Both the position numbers and the translations under genes were made by a program. A DNA stretch of 60,438 nt, counting the filler. It is 5 parts of 5 records of this genome, joined end to end, with 100 filler letters (N's around TTAATTAATTAA, not from the genome) between each part and the next. Parts side by side here need not be neighbours in the genome. Positions count along the whole stretch, not along the records: positions 9,566 to 27,815 come from SRR20825019_2183; 4 more parts are not named here. One strand, 5' to 3'. The notes beneath the pieces were generated by a model. It saw nothing but the letters and a program-made list of their open reading frames with translations, was not told the DNA's origin and searched no databases. Shown piece by piece: positions 10,840 to 20,685 of this stretch (the stretch's first letter is position 1; each line of letters starts with the position of its first letter).

Positions 10840-10956
10840 GTTTCCTACCAGCTCTCCCATCCGCGTTTGGGAATCACATCAACATTACTTCTGACGCGGT
10901 ACGTGCACCCTCGGGCACACGTCCACTCTTCATAAGCCGCCGTAGAACAGGGGCCG

Positions 10957-12315
10957 TTAGGTACCCTTGTTGAAGCAGAAGCGGTTTCCGCTGTCTCCGT
11001 TCACGACACACAAAGTGTAGCTGCCTTCGGGCACGGCATAGGCGGGCTTGCCATTGAGAATGAGATTGGTGTCGTCCTTCTGGAGAACGGTCTTCGATCC
11101 TGACGGCCAAATGAACTCGTACCCGGCGAACTCTTCTCCGGCACCATTGCGCGCCGATACCGGCCTTGCCTGGCAAGGTTCCTGTTCGACCGAACCCGTC
11201 GGCGAGATGACCAAACACGTCCCGCTGCCCGCAGTCATTGACTCAATCCGCAGCGTCGGCATATCGGCAGCAAGCATCCGGATCGGCGTAGAAGGTTTGA
11301 ATGCCGCCAGCGGCGACACCCATTGGCTTCTCTCCTCGAAGTCCGCAAGGGTGCACTGGCTTAGGCCAAGCGAGATGTTGTACATGCCGTTGAAGCCGCA
11401 GCCGAGGAAATAGTCGCCCTTCTGCCCGATTAAGCACCCTGCCTCGGAATATCCCGCGTCGCCGCTGGTCACAGAGTAGATCCTTAAGCCTCCCTTGTCT
11501 TGGACGACCTTGGAGACTGGCTGGTAAGCGCCCACCGTCTGCACCAGATCGGCGTAGTCAGTATCCTTGTCGATGAGGCCGACCTGCCAGTGGAATGAGT
11601 TCTCGCAGGCGTAATAGGACCGTTCCTCGGTCAATACGGTCGGCTTGTCGTAGCCGAAGAGCTCGATCTCGAAACGGCCGGCCTTCTCGACGGTGTCGAT
11701 GTAGTAGAAATCGTTCCTGACGTGCGTCAGCATCAACTGGATGAGGTCCGGACGCATCATCGTGCCGGCCGACCACGGTACTTGGCCATTTGCGAGGATC
11801 ATGAGTTCCATCATTGCTTCCATTGCCCAATCGTGAGCGACGGGAAGTGCTCTTGCGCTAACCAATTCGTCTGAATCGAGGGCCAGATACGGACGGTGGA
11901 AGCCGAGCGTGCCCGTGACATGGAGCTTGCGGTTCACGAAGTTGACTTCCGGACCCTGCGCAATACCCATCATGAACATGATCGCGCACATCGAATAGCA
12001 TTCGGCTTCTGCTGGGATGACTGTTCCGACGCCCTGTTTGTAAAACTGCTTTGCGAGCTTCACGCCTTCAAGCACACTGCCCCCGGTACTGTTGAGGCAG
12101 ATCGTGTCAGCCGAAGAACTCTCGCCGTCGACCCCTTTGAACTCGGTGGCAGCCAACTGCATGAAGCGCTCGAAATCGCCCGCGACGATCTCCCCTTCGA
12201 GTTGGAGGACGCAAACTTCGTTGTGCGATTTCGTGATCGTGGCGCCGTACGCGCCGCCCGGGAGATTGGCCAGAAGAGTCAGGGCCGAAACGAAAAAGGC
12301 AGTCGTCGATTTCAA
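10957..12315 (-). CDS. Secreted protein with N-terminal ClpP/crotonase-like domain (COG3904-like)
   Basis: Signal peptide, LEGEIVAGD, LNSTGGSV, CYSMC, LGFHRP. AGGAGG RBS before a TTG start. Confidence 0.7.
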   Translation of the reverse strand: MKSTTAFFVSALTLLANLPGGAYGATITKSHNEVCVLQLEGEIVAGDFERFMQLAATEFKGVDGESSSADTICLNSTGGSVLEGVKLAKQFYKQGVGTVIPAEAECYSMCAIMFMMGIAQGPEVNFVNRKLHVTGTLGFHRPYLALDSDELVSARALPVAHDWAMEAMMELMILANGQVPWSAGTMMRPDLIQLMLTHVRNDFYYIDTVEKAGRFEIELFGYDKPTVLTEERSYYACENSFHWQVGLIDKDTDYADLVQTVGAYQPVSKVVQDKGGLRIYSVTSGDAGYSEAGCLIGQKGDYFLGCGFNGMYNISLGLSQCTLADFEERSQWVSPLAAFKPSTPIRMLAADMPTLRIESMTAGSGTCLVISPTGSVEQEPCQARPVSARNGAGEEFAGYEFIWPSGSKTVLQKDDTNLILNGKPAYAVPEGSYTLCVVNGDSGNRFCFNKGT

Positions 12316-12388
12316 ATGAACACCCTCCTACAGTGCTGAGGACTGTAGCATGTCCGGTGCCAGAAGTCAGCGACGCCTAGACACTATT

Positions 12389-12443
12389 GGGGCCGGAAAC
12401 TGCCAGTCCGGTGTCGATCAATATTTTGCTGAGGTGGACATTC
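12389..12443 (+). repeat. Intergenic palindromic repeat, copy 3
   Basis: GGGGCCG...GTCCGGT...GTGGACATTC with the same 55-bp spacing as copies 1 and 2. Confidence 0.55.
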
Positions 12444-12568
12444 GCAAACAAGCTATTCTGGATGAAGTTGACTTGTGTTTCGTTGCGAAACCAACCATCT
12501 ATTCGAGTATAGACTCGAGTAGTTGCATAAAAGTGTTCAATCGATAATTGCAGAGCGTTGGAGGCCGA

Positions 12569-15403
12569 TTGTCAGAGTTCATTAAGAAGAGGGTCATCCG
12601 CGATCTAATCGAAGAAATCGCGGACCTTGATGCCGCGTCGTTCGAACTCTTGGGTCACAAGGTCATTGAATTGATCGAGTGCAAGGAGTTAGTCCACCAT
12701 GGCCTGAACAAAGATCACAGACCGGTTGGTTACACCGTTGATACGTTCTCACAGGACTTCACGATCGTCGGTGAGTACAGTACTGTTCAGGACTATTTCG
12801 AGGACGCCTCCGGCGGCAAGAACGAGAACAAGTTCAACAAAATCGAAAATGACATTTCTCATGCGATCAACATGGCTGGAAACATTACCCCAGCAAAGAT
12901 TTATCTAGTTTCAAGTGTTGAGGAACCCCCATCGTTTCGAGGGAAGTTCAATAAAACTGATTTGGCCACCAATCACTCTGATAAGACGATTTTCTTAGAC
13001 TCTCGACAGTTGGCCGGGAAGATATTTGAGTATTCCCGCGATAGGCACCAAGCTGCAGAATTCTTCCGTTTTTACCTTCCTGATTTTTCACAGAACTTAG
13101 ACAACTACGAATACTATGGATTAACCCCGCCTGCATGCACTAATCACCAATCGGAACCACTGTTCCGCAGCGCTATCCAAGGCCATTTTGCAGCAGGTGG
13201 GCTAGTTTGCGTACTGCATGGCCTCAGCGGTTCGGGAAAGACACAAGCCGCGATCGACTTCGTGCTGTCCGAGGAGGCAGCATACGGCAATTGTCTTTGG
13301 ATAGATGGCAATGACTGGGGGGAGAACGTCCCACTAACAGCTATCAAGCGGTCGCGCGGCGGCGTCGTGATCAACGTCGCAGGTGTATTCAATTCCACCA
13401 GGACTTTGCTGGTTGTGGACGATCTTTCTCGCCAGGTGACTGCCGATAGATTCGCCGAGCTTGAGAAGGGTTTTGCCTTGGGTGGACGCGTACTCGTTAC
13501 ATCCCAAATAGGCGAACCGAACAGTAACATCCATCTACCGGTTCCACTCCTATCAAAGGAAGTTGCCTACTCCATACTTGGGGAGAACTCGAACGCGGCA
13601 GATGATGACACCCACGCATTCGTCGACGCCTGTCGTTTCTGCCCTCTCATCCTGGCCGTCACGCGAGAAGTCGCCAAGACGGACGGCGTCGACAAGGCAG
13701 ACCTCTACCGCGAGGTCTTGGCGATGCCCAAGGTTGCCCATCAGCCCGACGGCAGATCGGTCATGGAGAGGATACTCCAGCGTCTCACCGATCAAAACCG
13801 TATGGCTTTGGTCAAAATAGCAAACAGCGGCTGCACCACCTTCGACTCAAAATTCCTAACCAAATTCATCGGAGCTAACGCACGTTCGTCGTTGCAAAGG
13901 TTGGCGATCGTCACCCGCACAGAAGTGTCGTCAACACTAAAGGTTCACGACCTCATCTGCAGCGCTGTGCGCACCGGCGATCCCGACGGGACAGAACTTG
14001 CGGTGGAAGTGGTGCATTACGTTGAGCGGCATCGCGGTGAAATGGTTCCAAGCGTGCTAAGGCAGATTCATCTCTCGGCCGGCCAACTACTGACTGCTCA
14101 TCAGGCTCGGGCAGAAGCGCCACTGGATTGGTTGACTTATGCGCTGTTACAGCTGGAAAGCAGCGACCGGCTTGGTCTAGCACCGGGATCGCATTCACTG
14201 CCCATACGGATGGACATGTCTATCGCCGAGCTTCTGTGCGTCATAGACATGAGGGAAGCACATTCGTACACCCTGCCCGGACCGAAGCGGAAAGCGTACT
14301 ACTCGGAATGCGCGGAGGAATTCGAGAACATCGCCGCGAAAACCGGCGACGCCGATATGCAAGTGGAACTGCGCCACCACCAAGGTAAGGCGTTGCGCCG
14401 GAGCGACCAACTCGATAGTGCTCTTGGCTGCTTCAGGGCCGTTCTTCACGAACGCCCGGGCTGGCACGCAGCATACGGTCAGATTGCGCATGCCGGAACC
14501 CAACGAGGAGCCACCGAGACTCTGAAGATAGAAGGAGAAACCGCGATCAGGCATCTGATCGGCCAAGTCATGGACGACGTCGATTCGGTGCCGCTACGCG
14601 TCTCCTTGGCCGCATTAAGTAAATTGCGCTCCTATCACTCCCTGAGCAGGGAGGTCCAGAACCAAGCGGTCTTGGTAAAGCAACTGGCCGATGTTGTGAC
14701 GATGGCGGCCTTGGCCGGGTTCCAGCAGTTTTACGAAGGCTTCTTGGCATTCACGAGCCTGTTCTCATATCAGTTCGGTGAGCAAGCGGTAGAGATAGCC
14801 GAGATTTTTCCTGATATGCTAGCTATCTATCCCGACGCCGTCCACGAGCGGCAGTGGCCCAATGCATGCGAGGCCCTCGCCAACGTCGCAATCGCCGCGG
14901 CTGCATTAGGCAAGCCAAACTTGGCAGCACGATTTAATGTCACAGCGTGCGCTTTCGCCGAGGCTCTGAGCCGAAGTGACAGAATGAACTGCTTTACACT
15001 GAGGCTGGTCGCCAAAACCTATGTTGGTGCGGGACAGGCAGAGGACGCGATTAGCGCACTTGCCACAATGCCCGACAGTGAAAAAGACCATTGGGTGCTT
15101 TATCAGCAGGCCAAGGCGGAGTTGGCTGTGAACCAACCGAAAAAGGCTCGGGAGAGCGCTCAGTCAGCGCTCGATCTGGCATCCAAAGACCTTAAGGCAA
15201 AGAACAGGTTGGGCGCGTATTTCGACCTCCTGAGCCATTGCCACGAGGCCTTAGGGGGCATCGATTTGGCTCTGTCAGCATTGAAAGAGGCTTTGGACCT
15301 AAAAGTTGGCGAAAAGTACCGACAGCAACTGAAAGATCGTTTGGCCGCGTTGGAAAGACGAAGCACGGCAAACGAAAACTCAGCATCAACCGGTTTGAAA
15401 TGA
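12569..15403 (+). CDS. STAND/NB-ARC ATPase with N-terminal restriction-endonuclease-like domain and C-terminal TPRs (NLR/Avs-like)
   Basis: Walker A GLSGSGKT, Walker B LLVVDDL, sensor VLVTS, FCPLIL (GLPL-like), VHDLI (MHD motif), TPR-like helices. N-terminus has FE...VD...EYS. Start is TTG at 12569 or 12548. Confidence 0.8.
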   Translation: MSEFIKKRVIRDLIEEIADLDAASFELLGHKVIELIECKELVHHGLNKDHRPVGYTVDTFSQDFTIVGEYSTVQDYFEDASGGKNENKFNKIENDISHAINMAGNITPAKIYLVSSVEEPPSFRGKFNKTDLATNHSDKTIFLDSRQLAGKIFEYSRDRHQAAEFFRFYLPDFSQNLDNYEYYGLTPPACTNHQSEPLFRSAIQGHFAAGGLVCVLHGLSGSGKTQAAIDFVLSEEAAYGNCLWIDGNDWGENVPLTAIKRSRGGVVINVAGVFNSTRTLLVVDDLSRQVTADRFAELEKGFALGGRVLVTSQIGEPNSNIHLPVPLLSKEVAYSILGENSNAADDDTHAFVDACRFCPLILAVTREVAKTDGVDKADLYREVLAMPKVAHQPDGRSVMERILQRLTDQNRMALVKIANSGCTTFDSKFLTKFIGANARSSLQRLAIVTRTEVSSTLKVHDLICSAVRTGDPDGTELAVEVVHYVERHRGEMVPSVLRQIHLSAGQLLTAHQARAEAPLDWLTYALLQLESSDRLGLAPGSHSLPIRMDMSIAELLCVIDMREAHSYTLPGPKRKAYYSECAEEFENIAAKTGDADMQVELRHHQGKALRRSDQLDSALGCFRAVLHERPGWHAAYGQIAHAGTQRGATETLKIEGETAIRHLIGQVMDDVDSVPLRVSLAALSKLRSYHSLSREVQNQAVLVKQLADVVTMAALAGFQQFYEGFLAFTSLFSYQFGEQAVEIAEIFPDMLAIYPDAVHERQWPNACEALANVAIAAAALGKPNLAARFNVTACAFAEALSRSDRMNCFTLRLVAKTYVGAGQAEDAISALATMPDSEKDHWVLYQQAKAELAVNQPKKARESAQSALDLASKDLKAKNRLGAYFDLLSHCHEALGGIDLALSALKEALDLKVGEKYRQQLKDRLAALERRSTANENSASTGLK

Positions 15404-15878
15404 GCGCGCGTGACTGGAGACCTAACGTCTTACGGATGAGGACGCTGACAAAGCAGACTGGCCGCTTTCGAGACCTTGAGTCGGTGGCACGAACGTCCGC
15501 AATGATGAAGCGCTTTCCTGACTGTCGGCTACTCCATAAAAGCTCGGCGGCAGGGCGCTATAGACAAAAAAGCGGAATTGTCTATAACTCGAATGGCTAT
15601 TGCTGCAGTTCGGAAATGCGACATGATGCATATGGTTCCCCGACAGGCCGAGACCGCTGAGTGCCGTCCTTCAACTCGGTTGCAGACTGGACTAAAGATC
15701 AGGTCTGCCCAGTTCTTCCGCAGGGAATTCGTCAGCCGAGATAAAGGGGTGCCGGGCTGAGCCTACACCCGTGCTCTTGATCACATCGATTGCATCGCAG
15801 GCCTGCACTGGTTGCGAAAGCACCAAACATTCTTCATTGTCCCGCCGTTGAGATTTGAAGGTAGATATAGGTGGGCTC

Positions 15879-16493
15879 GTGCGTTTTATCGGTGACATCC
15901 ATGCAGACGGCGCCGCCTATGCATCGGCGGTCGACGGAGTTGATGAAAGCATTCAGCTCGGTGATCTCGAAATTGGGATTGCTCGGGAGGAAGACGTCAG
16001 AAAATGGCCTTGCCAGCCTGGAAGCGGCCATCGCTTCATCCGCGGCAACCATGACAGCCCGTCCGTATGCCGAAATCACCCGCAATTCATCGAAAGCGGC
16101 GCCGAAGGCGACATGTTTTTCGTGAACGGGGCCTGGTCGATCGATAAGGACGATCGCGAGGAGAACAAGGACTGGTGGCCAGACGAAGAGCATAGCCAGA
16201 GAGATCTGGACCTGCTTTTCGAAGCCTGGTCCAACAGGCGGCCACGCGTCATGGTCTCGCATGATTGTCCCTGGCGTGTCAGTCAGGAACTCTTCCAAAT
16301 CATTGATTTCTCGCCCGGTCCGTCCCGCACGGCACGTGCGCTTCAGGCGATGTTTGACTATCACCAACCCGAGGTCTGGGTTTTCGGCCATTGGCACAAA
16401 AGGCGCGATCAAAAAATCGGGGCGACACGCTTCATATGCCTGGAGCAAGGCGGCTGGGTCGATATCGACCTGACGGTCAAGACTGTGCCTTGA
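15879..16493 (+). CDS. Calcineurin-like metallophosphoesterase
   Basis: GDIH, QLGD, RGNHD, SHDCP, FGHWH motifs. Confidence 0.85.
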   Translation: MRFIGDIHADGAAYASAVDGVDESIQLGDLEIGIAREEDVRKWPCQPGSGHRFIRGNHDSPSVCRNHPQFIESGAEGDMFFVNGAWSIDKDDREENKDWWPDEEHSQRDLDLLFEAWSNRRPRVMVSHDCPWRVSQELFQIIDFSPGPSRTARALQAMFDYHQPEVWVFGHWHKRRDQKIGATRFICLEQGGWVDIDLTVKTVP

Positions 16494-16900
16494 CGGGCTC
16501 ACGCTTCACCATCGCCACCGAACTGATGTGCGTTCACCACCCCACGAGTGCGACCAACTAACTGACCTGTTTATGCTGTCACCGGAAACCAATGCGTTTG
16601 CCGAATAGCGCGGCATTTTCTACGTCGCATTGACCGCTGGGCTTGGAATCGCAGGTGGATGAAAGTCGGCGGCAGGTCACAGCGCGCGAACAGATACGTT
16701 TTGGATCTATCGTCGGAGTCCCGATCTCACGGGGTAGCGTTGGGAGAAGAATTCAACTCCCCAGGAGGGCCTCGCATGCCTGCGGTGTCAGATCCGCAGC
16801 GAAGTACATATCGAACTCGAGATTCCAGGATGCCTGTGCAGTTCTGACAGCCCGGCGAGCACGCTGACGGCGTGTGGTGTGTCTTGGATATTCTCCAGAG

Positions 16901-17242
16901 CTACAACGTTGGTACCCAATCCATAGCCCAGTCGCCAAGCGGCTCCAGCCGTTCGAACAGTTCACGCCCTGATGTCGTCAGGGCGTAACCGCCTTCGACC
17001 TTCTCGATCAGCCTCACCTCGCGCAACTCCTTGAGCCTCGCGTTCAACACGCTCGGTGAAGCCGAACCGCAGTGCGCCTGCAGATCCCGGAACGTTCGTG
17101 GCCCCTCGTCCAGATTCCACAGCACCCCCATCGCCCAGCGTCGGCTGAGAAGGTCGAAAAGGACCATGATCGGCTGGCCACTCAGCGAGCCACGAACGGG
17201 CTTACCCCCACGCGCGACAGGGCGGCTATCGTCGCTGTCCAT
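16901..17242 (-). CDS. HxlR-family winged-helix regulator
   Basis: LLSRRWAMGVLWNL, TFRDLQ, VLNARLKEL, YALTTSGREL. Confidence 0.88.
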   Translation of the reverse strand: MDSDDSRPVARGGKPVRGSLSGQPIMVLFDLLSRRWAMGVLWNLDEGPRTFRDLQAHCGSASPSVLNARLKELREVRLIEKVEGGYALTTSGRELFERLEPLGDWAMDWVPTL

Positions 17243-17250
17243 TTTACCTC

Positions 17251-17295
17251 TTGCTATTATTTCCGTAGCAATTTATTGCTACTGTATCAGTAGCA
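17251..17295. promoter_or_regulatory. Two tandem TGCTA-N9-TAGCA palindromes (probable HxlR operators)
   Basis: TTGCTA-ttatttccg-TAGCAA (17251-17271) and TGCTACTG-tat-CAGTAGCA (17277-17295), between the divergent hxlR and eamA genes. Confidence 0.7.
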
Positions 17296-17314
17296 TGCAC
17301 GAGGCCGAGTTTCA

Positions 17315-18244
17315 ATGCGCAAGGCAACCCCCACCGACATCTCTCTCTGGCTCCTGCTCGCGGCGATGTGGAGTTCCTCCTATGTCGTTATCAAGATCGG
17401 CCTCGGCACTATCGACCCGTCCGCCCTTGTCCTCGGCCGATTGTTGATCGGCAGCGTCGTGCTCTACATCGCGTTAAAGGCCCGAGGCATGGCGTTATCG
17501 CGCGAGGTTCGGCACTGGTTCTCCTATGCGGTGACGGGGCTCCTCGGCAGCGCCCTGCCGTTCCTGCTGATCACCTGGGGAGAGCAGTCGGTGGACAGCT
17601 CGCTCGCCTCGATACTGATTGGCGCGGGTCCGGTGGTGACGCTACTTCTGGCTGCCTGGCTGGTTCCCGATGAGATGTTAACGCCGCGCATCGTGGCCGG
17701 AGTGTTCGGCGGCCTTGGTGGCATCGCCCTGCTGGTAGGGCCCGCCGCGCTGTTGGGTCTCGGCGCGCAATTCAAGGGACAGATCGCCATCGTCGGGGCA
17801 ACCATCTGCTATGCGACCTCGACCGTCTACATCCGTCGCTTTGTCACCCGCCCGGCGCTGGAGATGGCGTCCGGATCGATGATCGTGGGAACATTGTTCA
17901 TGGCTGGCGTCGTCGCGATCTTCGGCTCCGATGTAACGCGCATCGAGCCGACCTTTGCCTCGCTTGGGGCGGTCGTCTATCTGGGGCTGTTCTCGACCGC
18001 CTGTGCGAATCTGATCTACTTCCATCTCGTGCCGAGGCTCGGGGCAACGCGCATGGCCCAGGTGAACTTCGCGGTTCCGGTGGGCGGCGCCGTGCTGGGT
18101 GTTCTGGTGCTTGGCGAGGCGATAACCGCACAGCGACTCGCCGCGCTTACGATCATCGTCGGATCGGTCTGGCTGGGAACGGGGGCGAAGCGGGCCACCG
18201 CCGATGTTGCTACGACGCAAACGAAAACGAGCCGACGTGTCTGA
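17315..18244 (+). CDS. EamA/DMT-family transporter
   Basis: Ten TM helices in two repeats; MWSSSY, GEQSVDSSLASIL, LGVLVLGE. Confidence 0.9.
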   Translation: MRKATPTDISLWLLLAAMWSSSYVVIKIGLGTIDPSALVLGRLLIGSVVLYIALKARGMALSREVRHWFSYAVTGLLGSALPFLLITWGEQSVDSSLASILIGAGPVVTLLLAAWLVPDEMLTPRIVAGVFGGLGGIALLVGPAALLGLGAQFKGQIAIVGATICYATSTVYIRRFVTRPALEMASGSMIVGTLFMAGVVAIFGSDVTRIEPTFASLGAVVYLGLFSTACANLIYFHLVPRLGATRMAQVNFAVPVGGAVLGVLVLGEAITAQRLAALTIIVGSVWLGTGAKRATADVATTQTKTSRRV

Positions 18245-18527
18245 AACCAGCATCGGATCGAGTGACGAGTTCAATTCCGAGTTTCTTGCCGATTTTTGCC
18301 CAAGCCGCGTTTGCAGAGGCCAGATGGGCCTCGCGGCGTTGGAGCTGGATATGTTCAAAGCGCTTCATGCCGCTCTCAGTTGGCGCGTCTGTATAATGCT
18401 ACCGTTTTTTTTGAAGATCATCGAGCCTTTCGGCAGCATCTTCGCGAACGCAGCAGCATGTCGTCAAGCTGAACCTGAACCTTCATCTTTCCCCCATGAA
18501 TGCTGGCGGACAGAACTCGACTCTCGA

Positions 18528-20366
18528 TCACAAAATCTGCAAAGCTTCAGTTCTCAGCCACAAACTGCCGAACTCCCCGCCATCCGGTGCAAAGCGCTCG
18601 ATCTTCTCCTTCTTGAGCTGCATTCGTAGCGCATTGCTCGACCGCCCGGTTTCCTGCCGGAGAGTCGCAATCGTCACGAAACGGCGATGGAATGCAGCGA
18701 TGTCCTCTTTCGTCATTCGCCATTGGTCTTGCTTTGTTACCGGATGCCGAGAGCGTGTTGCCGGCGTGTGGCCAGCTTCGATCAGGGCGATAAACTCTCC
18801 ATTGTGCCTGAGACCGACGGTGCGTCCGAATTCCGATGCCGACATTTCACCGACTGGCTGATCGACCTGTGCCCGACCGAGCAGATCAAGCTCGGTCTTC
18901 TGAAGAACGACGTTGCGAAACCATGGCTTGCCCTCTCTCAACCCGACACGAAAATGTCCGGCGCCGATCAGCTTGATCAGGCCACGCAATGACGTTCCGC
19001 TGCGCATGCGCGCATGCAGCAGATCCACCCAGGCAGAATCGTCTGCCGCGACGGGCGTCGCCCCGCGCGTGATCTTTTCCATCAAACTCACGCCATCTTC
19101 GCGGCGCCAGCGTTTCCGGATTTCAGGGGATGAGGCGAGTGCGATCAGAATATTCTCCGCCACCAGGGCCTCCAGCTCTGTGCGGGTCGCCCCCAAGACC
19201 TCACGCATGGTCCTCAAAGAGACAACATCCGAGATCCGCGCCAGAAGCGGGCGGGCGGCTTCCGCCGAGAATGTGGTCCTGCGGTCCGGCAACGATCCAT
19301 TCGCTTCGATCACGGCGGCATCAATGAGCAATTTCCGCATCAACTCAGGCTCCGTGCCGGCCTCACGGGCAGCCGTGGTCACGGAATGCAGCTTCCTCGT
19401 GGCAACATGTTCGCCCAGCAGATCAGTGCCGGGCTCGATAGGCCATGTGTCCAGAATGATTTCCCGAAAAATACGCCGAATTCGGTCGAGGCCGGGGTCA
19501 TTCACGTGCTCATACGTCAACACGGAATAGATCTTTCCGAAAGCGCCGGATGGCTCTTCATAGCCATCCTCTCCGACCGCCGCCAATTCTCGTATTGCTG
19601 TGCGGATCTCCGGCTCGCCGCGGCTCAAGACCTCAAAGCCAGCCGCTCGCGCAGCCCTGTTCGTGTCGGCATCATCAGTCATCGCGGTTTGATCGAGCCT
19701 GAGCAGCTCGAAGCCAAAATTGTAGCACATGATGACGCTTGCCGAGAGCGGCTGGTCTGCGAACCAGGTCGTGTCCTTCCCGCTTTCCAACCTCTGATCC
19801 AGCCAAAGATCGTAATCGGAGACTTCGACACGCGGGCGTTCAAACGCTCCGCACTTGATGTCTTCGACAATCCCGTCGAGCTGCAGGCCTATATCGTTCC
19901 GTCTGGAAAAACGCGGTTCTGTCCACAACGGCACAAGTGGGTGGCAGTGCTTCACGCACACGCATGTATCCCTCAAGAGCCAGTGCCCGCGCATCACCAT
20001 CCTCTGGAGCGGCGGGGTGCTGCTGTTCTCCATATCTTCCCGCAGGCAGATCGGGCAGCCGCGCATCGTCGGGTTGCGAACGGCACGCGAGACGAATGCC
20101 TCACCACGCAAGACCGACCTGACATCGCCGACTGGCTTGCCAGTCCACGACACCAGCTCCTCCATTTGCTGCGACGACAGACCACCGAACGCCGCCACTG
20201 CAGCCAAAGGCTCGTCTTCAAAGTTCAGCACGCGCCGAAAAGCCACCCTCATATCGTAACAAAGATCGGCCGTGCTGACGCCCTTGGTCGCGGCAAGCCG
20301 CGACAAATAGGAAGGCAGGGTCTCACGCGGGACCAGTGACGGTGCGAGTGGCGGAAAGGTCGACAT
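18528..20366 (-). CDS. tniQ: TniQ/TnsD-like target-selection protein (612 aa)
   Basis: PRETLPSYLSRLA N-terminal TniQ motif, CPIC...GHW...CVKH zinc finger, long C-terminus with HTH-like segments. Confidence 0.88.
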   Translation of the reverse strand: MSTFPPLAPSLVPRETLPSYLSRLAATKGVSTADLCYDMRVAFRRVLNFEDEPLAAVAAFGGLSSQQMEELVSWTGKPVGDVRSVLRGEAFVSRAVRNPTMRGCPICLREDMENSSTPPLQRMVMRGHWLLRDTCVCVKHCHPLVPLWTEPRFSRRNDIGLQLDGIVEDIKCGAFERPRVEVSDYDLWLDQRLESGKDTTWFADQPLSASVIMCYNFGFELLRLDQTAMTDDADTNRAARAAGFEVLSRGEPEIRTAIRELAAVGEDGYEEPSGAFGKIYSVLTYEHVNDPGLDRIRRIFREIILDTWPIEPGTDLLGEHVATRKLHSVTTAAREAGTEPELMRKLLIDAAVIEANGSLPDRRTTFSAEAARPLLARISDVVSLRTMREVLGATRTELEALVAENILIALASSPEIRKRWRREDGVSLMEKITRGATPVAADDSAWVDLLHARMRSGTSLRGLIKLIGAGHFRVGLREGKPWFRNVVLQKTELDLLGRAQVDQPVGEMSASEFGRTVGLRHNGEFIALIEAGHTPATRSRHPVTKQDQWRMTKEDIAAFHRRFVTIATLRQETGRSSNALRMQLKKEKIERFAPDGGEFGSLWLRTEALQIL

Positions 20367-20481
20367 GGGTATTCGTCAAGATAAGTTGCGGGCCTCCAGA
20401 TTGCCGGTTGAAGCCGATCATGTCCAGAACCTGATGCGTATCATCTGGATCCAAATATCAGATTTCAAAAGAGAAATAACA

Positions 20482-20496
20482 AAAAATGCGAAAATT
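20482..20496. promoter_or_regulatory. AAAAATGCGAAAATT motif upstream of tniQ
   Basis: Identical 15-mer at 22494-22508, with inverted copies at 22523-22531 and 22591-22604. Confidence 0.55.
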
Positions 20497-20685
20497 TGAT
20501 TTCTTGCTCGAATGCTACCTCTGCTTTTACACGGGATATTGGCGTCATTATTATTAGGAGGGCCAGATAGCACGTATTATGTTACAATATTAATGAATGT
20601 GAGTGCCTGAATCGCGGTCAATTAGACCGTATTGTTTTCGCGCAGTGCGTCGGAGGGGCGCAGGTCGCAAAAATCGGGGGACAAC

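Noticed and set aside
16500-18527. Further possible repeat copies near 16528-16554 and 18300-18480
   Set aside because: Similarity is too weak to support by eye.
20593-20625. ATGAA-TGT as the second transposon end with matching duplication
   Set aside because: The sequence after the 8-bp terminus does not match the TnsB-site repeat, and this end would exclude tniQ. Probably chance.
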